A DNA stretch of 64,000 nt, from the NCBI GenBank assembly GCA_963836235.1, contig CAWIIP010000004.1, positions 704,001 to 768,000 of the forward strand. The letters are read 5' to 3'. Position numbers and translations under genes: made by a program. Position 1 is the stretch's first letter, and each line of letters opens with the position of its first letter. Below are positions 9,189 through 19,195 of this stretch, piece after piece. The notes beneath the pieces were generated by a model that saw only the letters and a program-made list of their open reading frames with translations, did no database searches and was not told where the DNA came from. Source of the DNA: an uncultured Pseudomonadota bacterium (GTDB taxonomy: Bacteria; Oederibacteriota; Muellerivitia; Muellerivitales; Muellerivitaceae).

Positions 9189-11942
9189 TTATTGTGGCAC
9201 GGAACTAATAGTAATAGTGGCACTTTTTAAACTAGGTGATGTCGCAGTTAAGGTTATGTCACCCGCTTTCCCATCCTCTGTTTGTACAACCGCCATACAC
9301 AACCCATTAAAGGCTTTGCGAACGCTGGCTTTATCCGGTTCGTGGCTGGAAGGGTCGCCGTTGGCCACGCCAGCGATATGGCCCGCTCCCGTCACCGTAA
9401 AGGTCACTGGGTTATCGGCGGTCGGCACCACTCGGCCTTGGTCGTCCAGAATTTCCACCGTAATGGGGGTAGCATCCTCGCCATCGGCCCACAATTGATC
9501 CGCGTAAGGCGTCAGACGGATCGAGGCGGGCTCGCCCGTGGTTTCCACCTTGGTCTCGGCGGCATAGACGCCTTTGTTGTAAGCCTTGGCGGTCAGCACT
9601 CCCGGTTCGTACCAGACTTTCCATTCCAAATGGCCGTTCTTCGGCGTTTCCTGTTTGCCCTGCGATTTTCCGTTCAAGAACAATTCCACCAGGTCGTAGT
9701 TGGTATGGACCCAGACGTCGATTTGGCTGCCTTCCTTGCCTTTCCAGTTCCAATGGGGAAAGAGATGCAGGACGGGCTTATCGCTCCACCAGGCTTGGTA
9801 ATAGTAGAAGTTATCCTTGGGGAAGCCGCACATGTCGAGGATGCCGAAATGGGAATTGACGCAGGGCCAGGCATAGGGGGTGGGTTCGCCACGATAGTCA
9901 AAACCCGTCCAGACAAAGCCGCCCGCCATCCAGGGCCGCTCGGCAATGGGTCGCCAGGCGGCTTCGGCGGTATAGGCCCATTCGGTGTGGTTCACGTCGT
10001 AGGCGCTCACATAACCCAGGGTCTGATCCGTCTGATATATGCCTCGCGTGGAAACCGTGCTGGCCGTTTCACTACCGTAGAGGGGGACTTTGGGGTGTTT
10101 GGCGCGGTAGGCTTCATACATATCTACGGCGTAGTTGAATCCCTGAACGTCCACCACGTCGGACAAGCCTCCCGGGCCCCAGCCGTAATTCATGGCGCAG
10201 GAAACCAGCCGGGTCTTGTCCAAGCTCAGGATTTTTTTCTTCATGGCGATTCCCCGTTTTTTGCCTTCGGCGGTGCCTTGAAGGGGTTCCTCGTTGCAGA
10301 TGGACCAAAGGAAGACGCTGGGATGGTTACGATCCCGCAGGACCATGCTTTCCACTTGGCTGAGGGCTTCATCCGAGTCACCCAGGCGGCGGTTCTCGTC
10401 CATCACCAGAATCCCTAGGCGGTCGCAGGCGTCCAACAGTTCCGGAGCTGGGGGATTGTGGGAACAGCGATAGGCGTTGGAACCCATTTCCTTCAGTTTT
10501 TCCAGGCGGTAGGTGAAGAGGCGGTCGGGGATGGCGACGCCAACCCCGGCGAAGTCCTGGTGGTTACAGGTTCCCTTGATCTTGACGGGTTTTCCGTTGA
10601 GGAAGAATCCCTTCTTGGCGTCGAAGCGGAAGGAACGCACGCCGAAGGTGGTTTCAACCTGGGCCAGGTTTTTCTTTCCCTGCTCAATCCGGGTTACCCA
10701 CCGGTAGAGATAGGGGTTTTCCAGCGACCAGAGATTGGCCTTAGGCATCCGTCCCCTTTGGGTGATGGTTTTGGAGTTTCCTTTGGCCAGATTGACCGGG
10801 GTGGAAAGCTTCAGAACGGTTTTGCCCTTGGCGTCCTTGATTTCCGAGACCAGTTTGAAGGAAGCGAAAGCTTCCGCGTGGTTCTCCAGGGTGGTTTGAA
10901 GCTCCAAGGCCGCTGATTTTCCCTGGGGTTTGGCCACCACGTAGGTGCCCCAGGGAGCGACATGAAGGGGGGCGGCGATGTTCAGCCAGACATGGCGGTA
11001 AATGCCCCCGCCCTCATACCACCAGCCCTCTGAATTGCGGGCGTCCGCATGGACGGTCAGGATATTCTTTCCCCCATAGTTGGCGGCTTCGGTAACGTCG
11101 TAACGGAAACCGGTGTAACCGCTCAAGTGATGTCCCAAAAGCTTTCCGTTCAGCCAGACCCGGCTGTCGCGGTAGACGCCGTCAAAATCAATCCAGAGGC
11201 TCTTGCCTTTGGCATCGGCGGGTAGGTCGAAAGTCTTGCGGTACCAGCCTTCGTTTTTGGGAAGGAAACCGTGGGAGGCGTCGCTCTTGGGATCGAAAGT
11301 GCCTTCCACCACGAAATCATGGGGCAGGTGCACCGTAGCCCAATTTTTGCCGACGGCCTCGTTCAAAACCACCGGTGGGACCTTTTCTTCCTGGCCAACG
11401 GTCAAAAGATAAGTTTCCTTTATGTAGCCCCCGCCATAGGTGTTTTCCACCAGGACCGCCAGTTGGTTGGGGCCGCCTTCTTTCCAGACCGAATCGAGAT
11501 TGACGTCGAAGGAGTCGTTCCAGCCCACGTGGTAAAGCAACTTTTGTCCGTTCACATAGACCGTGGCATTGTCGTCCACGGCGGTGAAGTGAAGGAGGCG
11601 GTGGGGTCCTGGGGCGTTGGGAAGTTCGGCCCGGTACCAGGCGAAGCCAGGACTTTGGTTGAAAACATCCTTTCCGTTTTCCGCGTCCTTCCATTCCGAA
11701 CACTTGGTATCCACATCAAGACCCGCCGGGGTCTCGTTCGTGGGCTTGGTTTTCACCGGGCCCATGTAGCGCCAATTGGGAATCATGTAGCCGTTGTCCA
11801 CTTCCGAACCCACGATAGGCCCTAAGTGAAAGCGCCAGTTGGCATCCAGGCTCAGGCGTTGGCGTCCTTGGATTTCGGCGGCGCTCACTTTCATGGGTAG
11901 AACCAACGCAAGGAACAGGAATAGAACTTTTCTAAAGGGCAT
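9189..11942 (-). CDS. secreted GH2 beta-galactosidase with an extra inserted jelly-roll domain
   Basis: Start moved to ATG 11942 (RBS GGGAGG, signal peptide). GH2 motifs LPHDF, FDGVY, WWYEGGGIYR, KGTCNHQD, YRCSHNP, RDRNHPS..WSICNE, GSETAS, WTGFDYRGEPTPY. Confidence 0.9.
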   Translation of the reverse strand: MPFRKVLFLFLALVLPMKVSAAEIQGRQRLSLDANWRFHLGPIVGSEVDNGYMIPNWRYMGPVKTKPTNETPAGLDVDTKCSEWKDAENGKDVFNQSPGFAWYRAELPNAPGPHRLLHFTAVDDNATVYVNGQKLLYHVGWNDSFDVNLDSVWKEGGPNQLAVLVENTYGGGYIKETYLLTVGQEEKVPPVVLNEAVGKNWATVHLPHDFVVEGTFDPKSDASHGFLPKNEGWYRKTFDLPADAKGKSLWIDFDGVYRDSRVWLNGKLLGHHLSGYTGFRYDVTEAANYGGKNILTVHADARNSEGWWYEGGGIYRHVWLNIAAPLHVAPWGTYVVAKPQGKSAALELQTTLENHAEAFASFKLVSEIKDAKGKTVLKLSTPVNLAKGNSKTITQRGRMPKANLWSLENPYLYRWVTRIEQGKKNLAQVETTFGVRSFRFDAKKGFFLNGKPVKIKGTCNHQDFAGVGVAIPDRLFTYRLEKLKEMGSNAYRCSHNPPAPELLDACDRLGILVMDENRRLGDSDEALSQVESMVLRDRNHPSVFLWSICNEEPLQGTAEGKKRGIAMKKKILSLDKTRLVSCAMNYGWGPGGLSDVVDVQGFNYAVDMYEAYRAKHPKVPLYGSETASTVSTRGIYQTDQTLGYVSAYDVNHTEWAYTAEAAWRPIAERPWMAGGFVWTGFDYRGEPTPYAWPCVNSHFGILDMCGFPKDNFYYYQAWWSDKPVLHLFPHWNWKGKEGSQIDVWVHTNYDLVELFLNGKSQGKQETPKNGHLEWKVWYEPGVLTAKAYNKGVYAAETKVETTGEPASIRLTPYADQLWADGEDATPITVEILDDQGRVVPTADNPVTFTVTGAGHIAGVANGDPSSHEPDKASVRKAFNGLCMAVVQTEDGKAGDITLTATSPSLKSATITISSVPQ

Positions 11943-12178
11943 TTGGCCTCCCAGTGTGGTTGGTTTAAATCGTGAAAGCGGTGCATGTTGGGCATGAGTA
12001 GGGATTATGCCATTTTCTTTTGGGGCTTCAATGGAAAGCGACAGCTTGATGAGGAGGTATCGATGGAACAAGGTGAAAAAGTTTCACCCTTTTTCGGATC
12101 AAGATAAGCCATCATAAAGTAGAAAAGGCATCGGTTCTTGGCTATGCTTTGCTGGCTCAAAAGAAAGAGGAGGGAAGC

Positions 12179-13471
12179 GTGAAATTGATTTCCCGGTTGT
12201 CCTTATTAAGCCTGGTCTTGGCTCTTGTTTTCAACACCGCTTGCGTCTTTAAAAAGAAAGATAAACCCATTCGGGTTTCGGTTTTCACCGTCGATCCCCT
12301 CCTCATCAAGATTCTCACCGATACCATTACCGGCATCGAAAGCCGCCATCCGGGATTGAAGATCAAAGTCGAGAACATCCCCTATAACGATTATCAAAGC
12401 AAGATCACGGTGGAACTGGCAGCCAATGACGCGCCGGATATCATCAGCGTGGAAGCCAGCCGTTTTTCCGACATGTATTTGCGGGGCGCCTTTGAGGACC
12501 TGACCCCCTATTTCGACAAGGACCACATGGACCGTGCGGCCTATTACCCCTCCTCTCTTGCCCGCTTCAGCCCCAAAGGCGAAATTTACGCTATGCCCTC
12601 CGATATCGCCCCCGTGGGTCTTCTTTATTACAACAAGAAGGTTTTCGACGACGCGAAAGTCCTCTATCCCACCGAAAACCTTTCTTGGCCCGAGCCTTTT
12701 CTTTCAATGTGCCAGAAGCTGGTCAAGCGGGACGCTTCCGGCAAGATCATTCGGTGGGCTTATGTGGACCCTTATGGCACTGAAGCGAACACATTCCTTC
12801 TCAGCGACGGTGGCTATTTCATGGACAGCGAAACCAACCCGACCCGGTTGGCCTTGGACAGCCCGCAGGCCCTAGAGGCCTTCGGGTTCCGTTGGGACAT
12901 GATCTACAAATACCATGTCTCTCCCACGCCCAGCGAGCTCCAGAGTTTCAGCGAAGGCAACCAGGCTGAAGATATGTTCATGAACGGGGAGGCCGCCATG
13001 ATGAATTCCGGCGTGTGGCATACCCCGCACTTCCTCGAAAAGGGCTTGGACTTCGACGTGGTGGAATTTCCGAAAGGCCCCAAAGGCACCCGGGGTTGGG
13101 GATCGGGCGGTTCTGCCTATGCCATCTGGAAGGGTTGCAAGAACAAGGACCTGGCCTGGGAGGTCGTGAAGGAAATAACGAGCGAGGCTCTCTCGACCCA
13201 ATTGGCCCAGACCGGCATGATCCAGCCAGCCTTGGTTAAGGTCGCAAACTCAGACGCCTTCCTGAAAAGCCCTGGCCCTAAGAACAAGAAAATCCTTTTG
13301 GACATGCCGCAATATTCACACTATTCGCCCTTTATCAAAAACTGGGAAGAGATTTGGTTCGGCCAAGTGGGCCCGGCCATGGACAAGTGCTGGCTGGGCC
13401 AGGCCAAGCCCGCAGACGTCCTGCCCAAGCTCAACGCGGATATTAACGCGAAGTATTTCCCCGGGAAATAA
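12179..13471 (+). CDS. carbohydrate ABC transporter substrate-binding lipoprotein (family 1)
   Basis: GTG 12179 after GAGGAGG; lipobox NTAC; motifs APDII, LYYNKKVFD, FMNGEAAM, FDVVEFPKGP. Confidence 0.88.
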   Translation: MKLISRLSLLSLVLALVFNTACVFKKKDKPIRVSVFTVDPLLIKILTDTITGIESRHPGLKIKVENIPYNDYQSKITVELAANDAPDIISVEASRFSDMYLRGAFEDLTPYFDKDHMDRAAYYPSSLARFSPKGEIYAMPSDIAPVGLLYYNKKVFDDAKVLYPTENLSWPEPFLSMCQKLVKRDASGKIIRWAYVDPYGTEANTFLLSDGGYFMDSETNPTRLALDSPQALEAFGFRWDMIYKYHVSPTPSELQSFSEGNQAEDMFMNGEAAMMNSGVWHTPHFLEKGLDFDVVEFPKGPKGTRGWGSGGSAYAIWKGCKNKDLAWEVVKEITSEALSTQLAQTGMIQPALVKVANSDAFLKSPGPKNKKILLDMPQYSHYSPFIKNWEEIWFGQVGPAMDKCWLGQAKPADVLPKLNADINAKYFPGK

Positions 13472-13484
13472 AAGGCAGAATCTA

Positions 13485-13564
13485 AGCCGCGAATCAACGC
13501 GATTAACTCCAAAAAACTTTAGAATGAAGTCTTTGTCTGCGAAAATCGCCGTAAATTTGCGGCT
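13485..13564. repeat. imperfect intergenic palindrome (REP-like)
   Basis: Complementary ends AGCCGCGAAT...ATTTGCGGCT with internal partial CGCGA/TGCG repeats. Confidence 0.4.
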
Positions 13565-13585
13565 GAATTCTGTTAAGGTGTTTTC

Positions 13586-13978
13586 ATGCGTAAATCTTTC
13601 CTTGTCCTAGCTATTCTGATCACCGCCCCCTTGTTCGCCGGGCAAGGGGTTATCAAGACCCTTCAAAAGCGGATCAAGAAAGACCGCAAGGACATCCTGT
13701 TCTACATGACGGAGATCAAGGACCTGCAGGTGCAGTTGAAAAAGGACAAGGCGAAGGCGGCTAAGTATTCGGACCAAGCCGAGGCCGAAACGCCAACCGG
13801 GGCGAGCCCCCAAACGCTTGGAGGTCCAACCCCCGTTCCCAGCAAAGCGGATAAGTGGAACGCCAAGGTGGCCAAGGAAAGCGCTTCGATTGATAGCGAC
13901 CGGGCTTTACAAGCAAAGGCGCAGAATGATCTAGCCCAAGCCAACACGCAGTTAAGCGCCATCCTCCCAAAACATTAA
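13586..13978 (+). CDS. hypothetical secreted coiled-coil protein
   Basis: Signal peptide ending LFA; two Lys/Ala-rich helices joined by a Pro/Thr linker. Confidence 0.72.
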   Translation: MRKSFLVLAILITAPLFAGQGVIKTLQKRIKKDRKDILFYMTEIKDLQVQLKKDKAKAAKYSDQAEAETPTGASPQTLGGPTPVPSKADKWNAKVAKESASIDSDRALQAKAQNDLAQANTQLSAILPKH

Positions 13979-13995
13979 AAATTTCAAAAAAATTA

Positions 13996-14044
13996 ATTTG
14001 AACCACGACCCCTTGGCTAAAAGCCAATGGGTCGTGGTTCAAAT
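13996..14044. repeat. long near-perfect hairpin (terminator or REP-like element)
   Basis: ATTTGAACCACGACCC-C-TTGGCT-AAA-AGCCAA-T-GGGTCGTGGTTCAAAT: 22 bp of pairing with one mismatch. Confidence 0.7.
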
Positions 14045-14185
14045 GGGTTTGGTTTTTACTATCAAAACATTCTGAAACTTCATTTCACTCTGTTACATCC
14101 GTCGTTTTCTCCCGTCTGATTTGAAAAGCCAATCCACCTTGATTTCGCTAAGATAAGCCTCCCAAAATTTACTCAAGGAGATTCT

Positions 14186-16757
14186 ATGCGCCGAATCCTA
14201 TTGTTTGCCGCTCTTATCCTTATTCCCGGCCCTGACCTGGGCTGACGATACCGCTTCTTTCTTTTCCCACGGCTGGGCGGACTCTTCCGGCAAGGACGGC
14301 AAGGGCGGGGTGAGCATCGTCGTGCAGGACGGCAAAACCAACTTCCTCGTGCGCCCCGACTTCGCTAAGGACAAAATCGATCCCGCGACGAATTCTGACC
14401 ATCCGGATTGGATCGTTTACGACAGCGACAGCAATAATGGCCAGTGCCTTTCCTTTGAGTACACTTGGATCACATCGGCGAACGACAAGTTCTGGGGCAA
14501 GAAATGGGCGGGCGGGGGAGTGGCCTTCGACAATTCTTGGGCGCTCCACGACTTTTCCAAGGCCAAGTACCTGATTTTTTCCGCCAAGACCAACGCGCCG
14601 GGTGTGGATTTCAACCTCGCCATCTCCGGGGCCACCGACGGCGTGCAGACCGGCAACGTCAAGATCGGCGACTTCGCCGAGGGCAAGAAAATCGGCGAGA
14701 CCTGGACCAAGGTAGTCATTCCCTTGGCCGCTTTCCCCAGCCTCGATAAGGTTGACCTTACCCAGTTGAAGACCCTACGTTTCGACCTGCAGGGGGAATA
14801 CCCGGAAAACACGCCGGTCCACGTTTATTTCGACAAGATGTATTTCACCGACAGCGCAATGGTGACCCCCGTGGAAAACCTGGGTTGGCTGAAAGTTCCC
14901 GGCGGCGTTCAGGTGATGTGGGACAAGGCCAATGACGACGGCATTTTGACTTACGATGTTTCAGTGGATGGTAAGGTGGTGGGCAAGGTGACGGGCGCGA
15001 AGAAGCGGCAGGTCAAGCTTCTCAACGGCGTCTTTAAAGACACCGCCAACCACGTGGTGGGCGTGGCCGCCGACAACGGCACCAAGGTTTCGGCCTTCGA
15101 GGCGGTCACCCTCAATGTGGCGCCCTCGCCCGCTGTATCGGCCACGGTGGCCGTGGCGGCGACGGCCAGCCATTCCATCTCGCCCTATATCTTTGGCTTC
15201 AACTACCTGGACGGCGAAACACTCAAGAAAGCGGGCGGCACCGTCAACCGCTGGGGCGGCAACGCCACCACCAATTACAACTGGAAGGAAGACGCCGACA
15301 ACAAGGGCCAGGATTGGTACTACCTCAACAGCGCGGGGGCCTACGCCACCGAAAAGGACAAGCGCTACGCCAAGGCCATCACCGACGCTTTCAGCGCCGG
15401 TTCGCAAATGATCATCACCATTCCCAACATCGATTGGGTGGCTAAAGCGCCCCCGCTCGGTGGTAAGGAATTGGCTTCCTTTCCTGTCGCGCTTTATCCC
15501 GGCCAGACCGGCAACGACGGCCAGGGCTCAGGCAACGGTCTGTTGGCGGGTGGCAAGAAGGTTTGGGGCAACGACCCCAATGCCAATTATGTCCCCAATT
15601 CCCCCGCGTTCCAGGAAGAATGGGTGAAGACCATCGTTCAAAACTACGGCCTTTCCACCCAAGGCGGGGTGAAGTTTTACCAAATGGACAACGAGCCGGG
15701 CTTGTGGAATGAGAACCACCGGGACGTGTGCCCCAAGGGCATCGGGTTTGACGACTTGGTGAACAACAACGCCAAATACGCCGCCGCCGTCAAGGACGCG
15801 GACCCCAACGCTCAGGTGATCGGCTTCACCGCCTGGGGCGTCATGGAACTGGCCGGGTCGGATTGGGATGGCATGCCAGGCGGCGTGCAAGGATACCAAA
15901 ATAAGGATGGGGCCGGGGAAAAGTGGACGGACCGGAAAGCCCACGGCGGCATTACCCAGCTCGAGTATTACCTGCGGGAAATGAACAAGCGTTCCCAACT
16001 GGCGGGCAAGCGGCTGATTGATTACGTGGACAACCATGGTTTCCCGGAAGTCTATGGCACCGACGCAAAAGGCAACAAGGTCAATATCCTCCGGGTGGAT
16101 TGCGATTATGACCCGCTCATCACCCCCCAGCAGTTCGAGGCCATGCGCATCTTTTGGGACCCCACCTTTACCAGCCCGGACAGCTGGTGCGCCAACACCG
16201 GCAACAAGCCCTACTTGTGGGACCCCTGGGTGGGTCTGATTCCCAAGCTCAAGAAAATCATCGCGGACAACTATCCCGGCACGAAGCTTTCTATGACCGA
16301 GTATTACCCGACGGACACGAATTATTTCACCGGCGCCCTCCTGGAGGCGGTGAACCTGGGCATTTTCATGAGGGAAGGCATGGATATGGCCTGCGACTGG
16401 GACGGAACCCATCCCGGCAACTACGTTTTCTGGGGACACAAGCTCTTCAGCGACTATGACGATAGGGGGAGCAAGATCGGGGGCAACTACCTGCCCGCCA
16501 CCAGTTCTTCCCCGGACCTCTATTCTTTCGGCGCCAACGACGGCAAAAAGACCTTCGTGATGCTGATCAACAAGAACCACGATACCGCCCAGGACACCGC
16601 CATCACCCTGCCCCAGGCCGTCACCCGGTACGAGACCTATACCCTGGCCCAAACCTCAGGGAAGCGCCTTTACGATTCCGGCCCCCTGGCCGCCACCGGG
16701 GCGGGGCTAACCCTGGAAGTCCCGGCCTTCTCAGCCATTCTGTTAGTAGCTGAATAA
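14186..16757 (+). CDS. GH44 endoglucanase/xyloglucanase with N-terminal CBM-like and Fn3/Ig-like domains; +1 frameshift in the signal-peptide region
   Basis: GH44 motifs ISPYIFGFN, NRWGGNATTNYNW, DWYY, MDNEPGLW..NHRDV, YPGTKLSMTEY. RBS AAGGAG and ATG 14186 are out of frame with the long ORF (14205-16757). Confidence 0.85.
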
Positions 16758-16770
16758 GGTTTTAGTCGTG

Positions 16771-16807
16771 AAAGCCCGGTTTCCCGCAGGGGGGGCCGGG
16801 CTTTTTT
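16771..16807 (+). terminator. rho-independent terminator
   Basis: AAAGCCCGGTTTCCC-GCAG-GGGGGGCCGGGCTTT followed by T residues, directly after the GH44 stop. Confidence 0.85.
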
Positions 16808-16830
16808 ATTGGCCTATCCCTCATTAAAAA

Positions 16831-16914
16831 TTCCCCACTTTGGAAAAGGAGGGGAAGAAGGATTTAGTCTTTCAATGATGTTATTGGCCCAAATCGCCCT
16901 CAAGCCCCTTTTTC
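16831..16914. repeat. degenerate REP-like inverted pair
   Basis: TTCCCCACTTTGGAAAAGGAGGGGAAGAAGGATTT ... AAATCGCCCTCAAGCCCCTTTTTC resembles decayed CCCCCTTT/AAAGGGGG-type intergenic repeats. Confidence 0.35.
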
Positions 16915-17056
16915 ATATTGTTCATCCATTTAAACCAAGATGAGGCAGCATTGTGCTTAACACAAAGTAGGAGGTTTATATCGAACCTTTACTCCCGTTT
17001 GAGGACTTCCAATATACTATCCCTGTTTCCATTAACTCTTCCAAAGGCATTGCCCC

Positions 17057-18166
17057 GTGAAAAAACCTCATTCCCGAAAGCCGAAAGCGAAGAAGGCTTT
17101 GAAAGAGAAGAGTATCGATAAGTCCGTTCTTCAACAGGAACTGCGGATGTTCAACCGGATTATCGACGGCATGAGGAACGAGCTTTCCTACATCGATCTG
17201 CTCAAACTCACCGTGACTTGCGTCTGCAAGGGGCTGGGATATGACCGGGCGGGGATTTTCCTGGTGGAACCCGACGGCAAATCCATTTCCCGGGCCATCG
17301 GGGTGGACTCCCGGGGCAAGTTCGAGTTGGCGACCAGCTACAAGGACCCTGTTTTGGACAAAAAGGGCTTCAGCATCTTCTCCGACCTGGTTTTCGGCTA
17401 CAAAAAATCCTTCTACACCAGCAACCTGCTGGAGCGTTTCCCCGAGCTGGTCGGCAAGGTGGACAAGGGGGTTACCTGCAACGCCAATGTGCCCATCCTC
17501 GTGGGGAAAAAGAGGATCATCGGGGTGCTGGCCGTGGACAACCTCTTTACCAAGAGGGATTTGACTAGCCAGGACATCAGCTCCCTCACCAATTTCGCCG
17601 TCCAGGCGGGAATGGCCATTGAAACCATCCGACTGCATGAACAGGTGCGCCAGCTTTCAGTTACTGACGGCTTAACCCAAATTTACAACCGCCGCTATTT
17701 CGAGAAGTTTCTCGCGGACGAACTGGAACGCAGCCGCCGTTACAAGCACCCCTGCGGCGTGCTTTACATGGACCTGGACCATTTCAAGGAAGTGAACGAC
17801 AAGTTCGGCCATCCGGTCGGGGATGAGCTGCTGAAGAACGTGGCCCAACTTTTGAAAAAAACCCTCCGCAACAATATTGACGTGGTGGCGCGGCTGGGCG
17901 GCGATGAGTTTGGCGTGATCCTTCCGGAAACCCCTGCCCAGGACGTGGTTCTCGTGGCCGAGCGTCTTTTGAACGTGGTCGAAAAGGCGCGGGCGCCGCT
18001 GCAACAACTGGAAGCCTGCCTGCACCCGGTGACCTTCAGCATCGGGGTGGCCACCTTCCCGGACAGCGCCGACAAGCCGGACGACCTGGTGCGGATGGCC
18101 GACAAGAGCCTTTACGATGCCAAGAACGCGGGCCGGAACCAAGTGGGGTCTTTTCCCCGGAAGTGA
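17057..18166 (+). CDS. GAF-GGDEF diguanylate cyclase
   Basis: GAF domain (VPI....IIGVLAVDN), then TDGLTQIYNRRYF, DLDHFKEVNDKFGH.VGD and intact RLGGDEF. Confidence 0.93.
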   Translation: MKKPHSRKPKAKKALKEKSIDKSVLQQELRMFNRIIDGMRNELSYIDLLKLTVTCVCKGLGYDRAGIFLVEPDGKSISRAIGVDSRGKFELATSYKDPVLDKKGFSIFSDLVFGYKKSFYTSNLLERFPELVGKVDKGVTCNANVPILVGKKRIIGVLAVDNLFTKRDLTSQDISSLTNFAVQAGMAIETIRLHEQVRQLSVTDGLTQIYNRRYFEKFLADELERSRRYKHPCGVLYMDLDHFKEVNDKFGHPVGDELLKNVAQLLKKTLRNNIDVVARLGGDEFGVILPETPAQDVVLVAERLLNVVEKARAPLQQLEACLHPVTFSIGVATFPDSADKPDDLVRMADKSLYDAKNAGRNQVGSFPRK

Positions 18167-18267
18167 TTCCTTTCAGCCCGGGTGAAGTGAAAATTTTCCA
18201 TTCTTCAACGCCGTTAATACAAAGACATATCATTTTGAATTATTAACTGCGGCTTAAAGTCCATGGA

Positions 18268-18314
18268 TTGACCCTTTTAATGACTCGTGCTATTGTAATT
18301 ACAACGTAATTACG
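18268..18314 (+). promoter_or_regulatory. sigma70 promoter and tandem palindromic operators of the TA operon
   Basis: TTGACC, 17-nt spacer, TATTGT with an upstream TG. Perfect palindromes TTGTAATTACAA (18293-18304) and CGTAATTACG (18305-18314). Confidence 0.75.
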
Positions 18315-18364
18315 CTTTAAATGACCCGTGTTATTCGAAACAAGAGGTCAAAATGGAGGCCGCC

Positions 18365-18616
18365 ATGAAAGCCCAAATCATTCAAATTGGAAATTCTAAA
18401 GGTATTCGGATTCCCCGGCCCCTCTTGGAGCAATGCCAATTGGAGAATGAGGTCGAACTGGAAGCCCAGCCGGGACAATTGGTGGTCCGCCCGGTAGGTG
18501 GGCCGCGTCATGGGTGGGCCGCGGCTTTTGAAAAAATGGCCCGGTATGGCGACGACGAGCTTTTGGACGATGGCGGTCCCGCCACTCAATGGTCCCGTAA
18601 GGACTGGAAATGGTAA
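18365..18616 (+). CDS. mazE: AbrB/MazE-family antitoxin
   Basis: IIQIGNSKGIRIP swapped-hairpin motif; overlaps the toxin start; alternative start at 18353. Confidence 0.9.
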   Translation: MKAQIIQIGNSKGIRIPRPLLEQCQLENEVELEAQPGQLVVRPVGGPRHGWAAAFEKMARYGDDELLDDGGPATQWSRKDWKW

Positions 18617-18933
18617 TTACCCGTTTCGAGGTACATTTGGTTCGCTTGGATCCGACCGAGGGGAGCGAAATCAAGAAAACCAGACCATGTCTCGTCATTT
18701 CACCGGACGACATGAACCAATATATCCGGACGGTGATCGTGGCTCCTATGACTAGCAAGGGCAAGGATTATCCCACCCGCGTTCCTGTCGAATTTCAAGG
18801 CAAACAAGGACAGGTTGTTTTGGACCAGATTCGAACGGTGGACAAATCCCGCTTGGCGAAAAGGTTGGGCAAGATAAGCGATTCCACCTCGGAAAAAGTT
18901 TTGCGGCTGTTGGCCGAAATGTTCGCCCCTTAA
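18610..18933 (+). CDS. mazF: PemK/MazF-family endoribonuclease toxin
   Basis: LDPTEGSEIKKTRPCLVISP, VIVAPMTS, LDQIRTVDKSRL. Confidence 0.95.
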   Translation: MVITRFEVHLVRLDPTEGSEIKKTRPCLVISPDDMNQYIRTVIVAPMTSKGKDYPTRVPVEFQGKQGQVVLDQIRTVDKSRLAKRLGKISDSTSEKVLRLLAEMFAP

Positions 18934-19195
18934 TCGCTTCGGTTTTATATTCAACTGGTCGCGTATGAACGCGCTTATCGAATTTCCAATTGCTTCGTCT
19001 TGCCGCTCCCAAGTTCATTCCAATCTCGTTTAACCAAAAAACGTTTCGATCCGAACTTTTTTTGAGAGTAATCGTAAGTCCCTAAATAGGCTTCTTTTTA
19101 TTTGGCGCCTTCCCGAAAAAATAAAATAATAATTCATCGATGCTTTTGACGCCCTTCCCATTTCCACCTCGCCAAGATTTTTTCAGGAGGGAAAT

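Noticed and set aside
8125-10418. Long plus-strand ORFs (326 aa, 378 aa) opposite GH31/GH2, and the 374-aa minus ORF opposite GH44
   Set aside because: Antisense frames produced by high GC3 codon bias; the opposite strands carry clear enzyme motifs.
19053-19078. Second ECF-type promoter upstream of the single-domain response regulator
   Set aside because: Only a partial -35 (GAACTT), with a weak -10 and off-consensus spacing.
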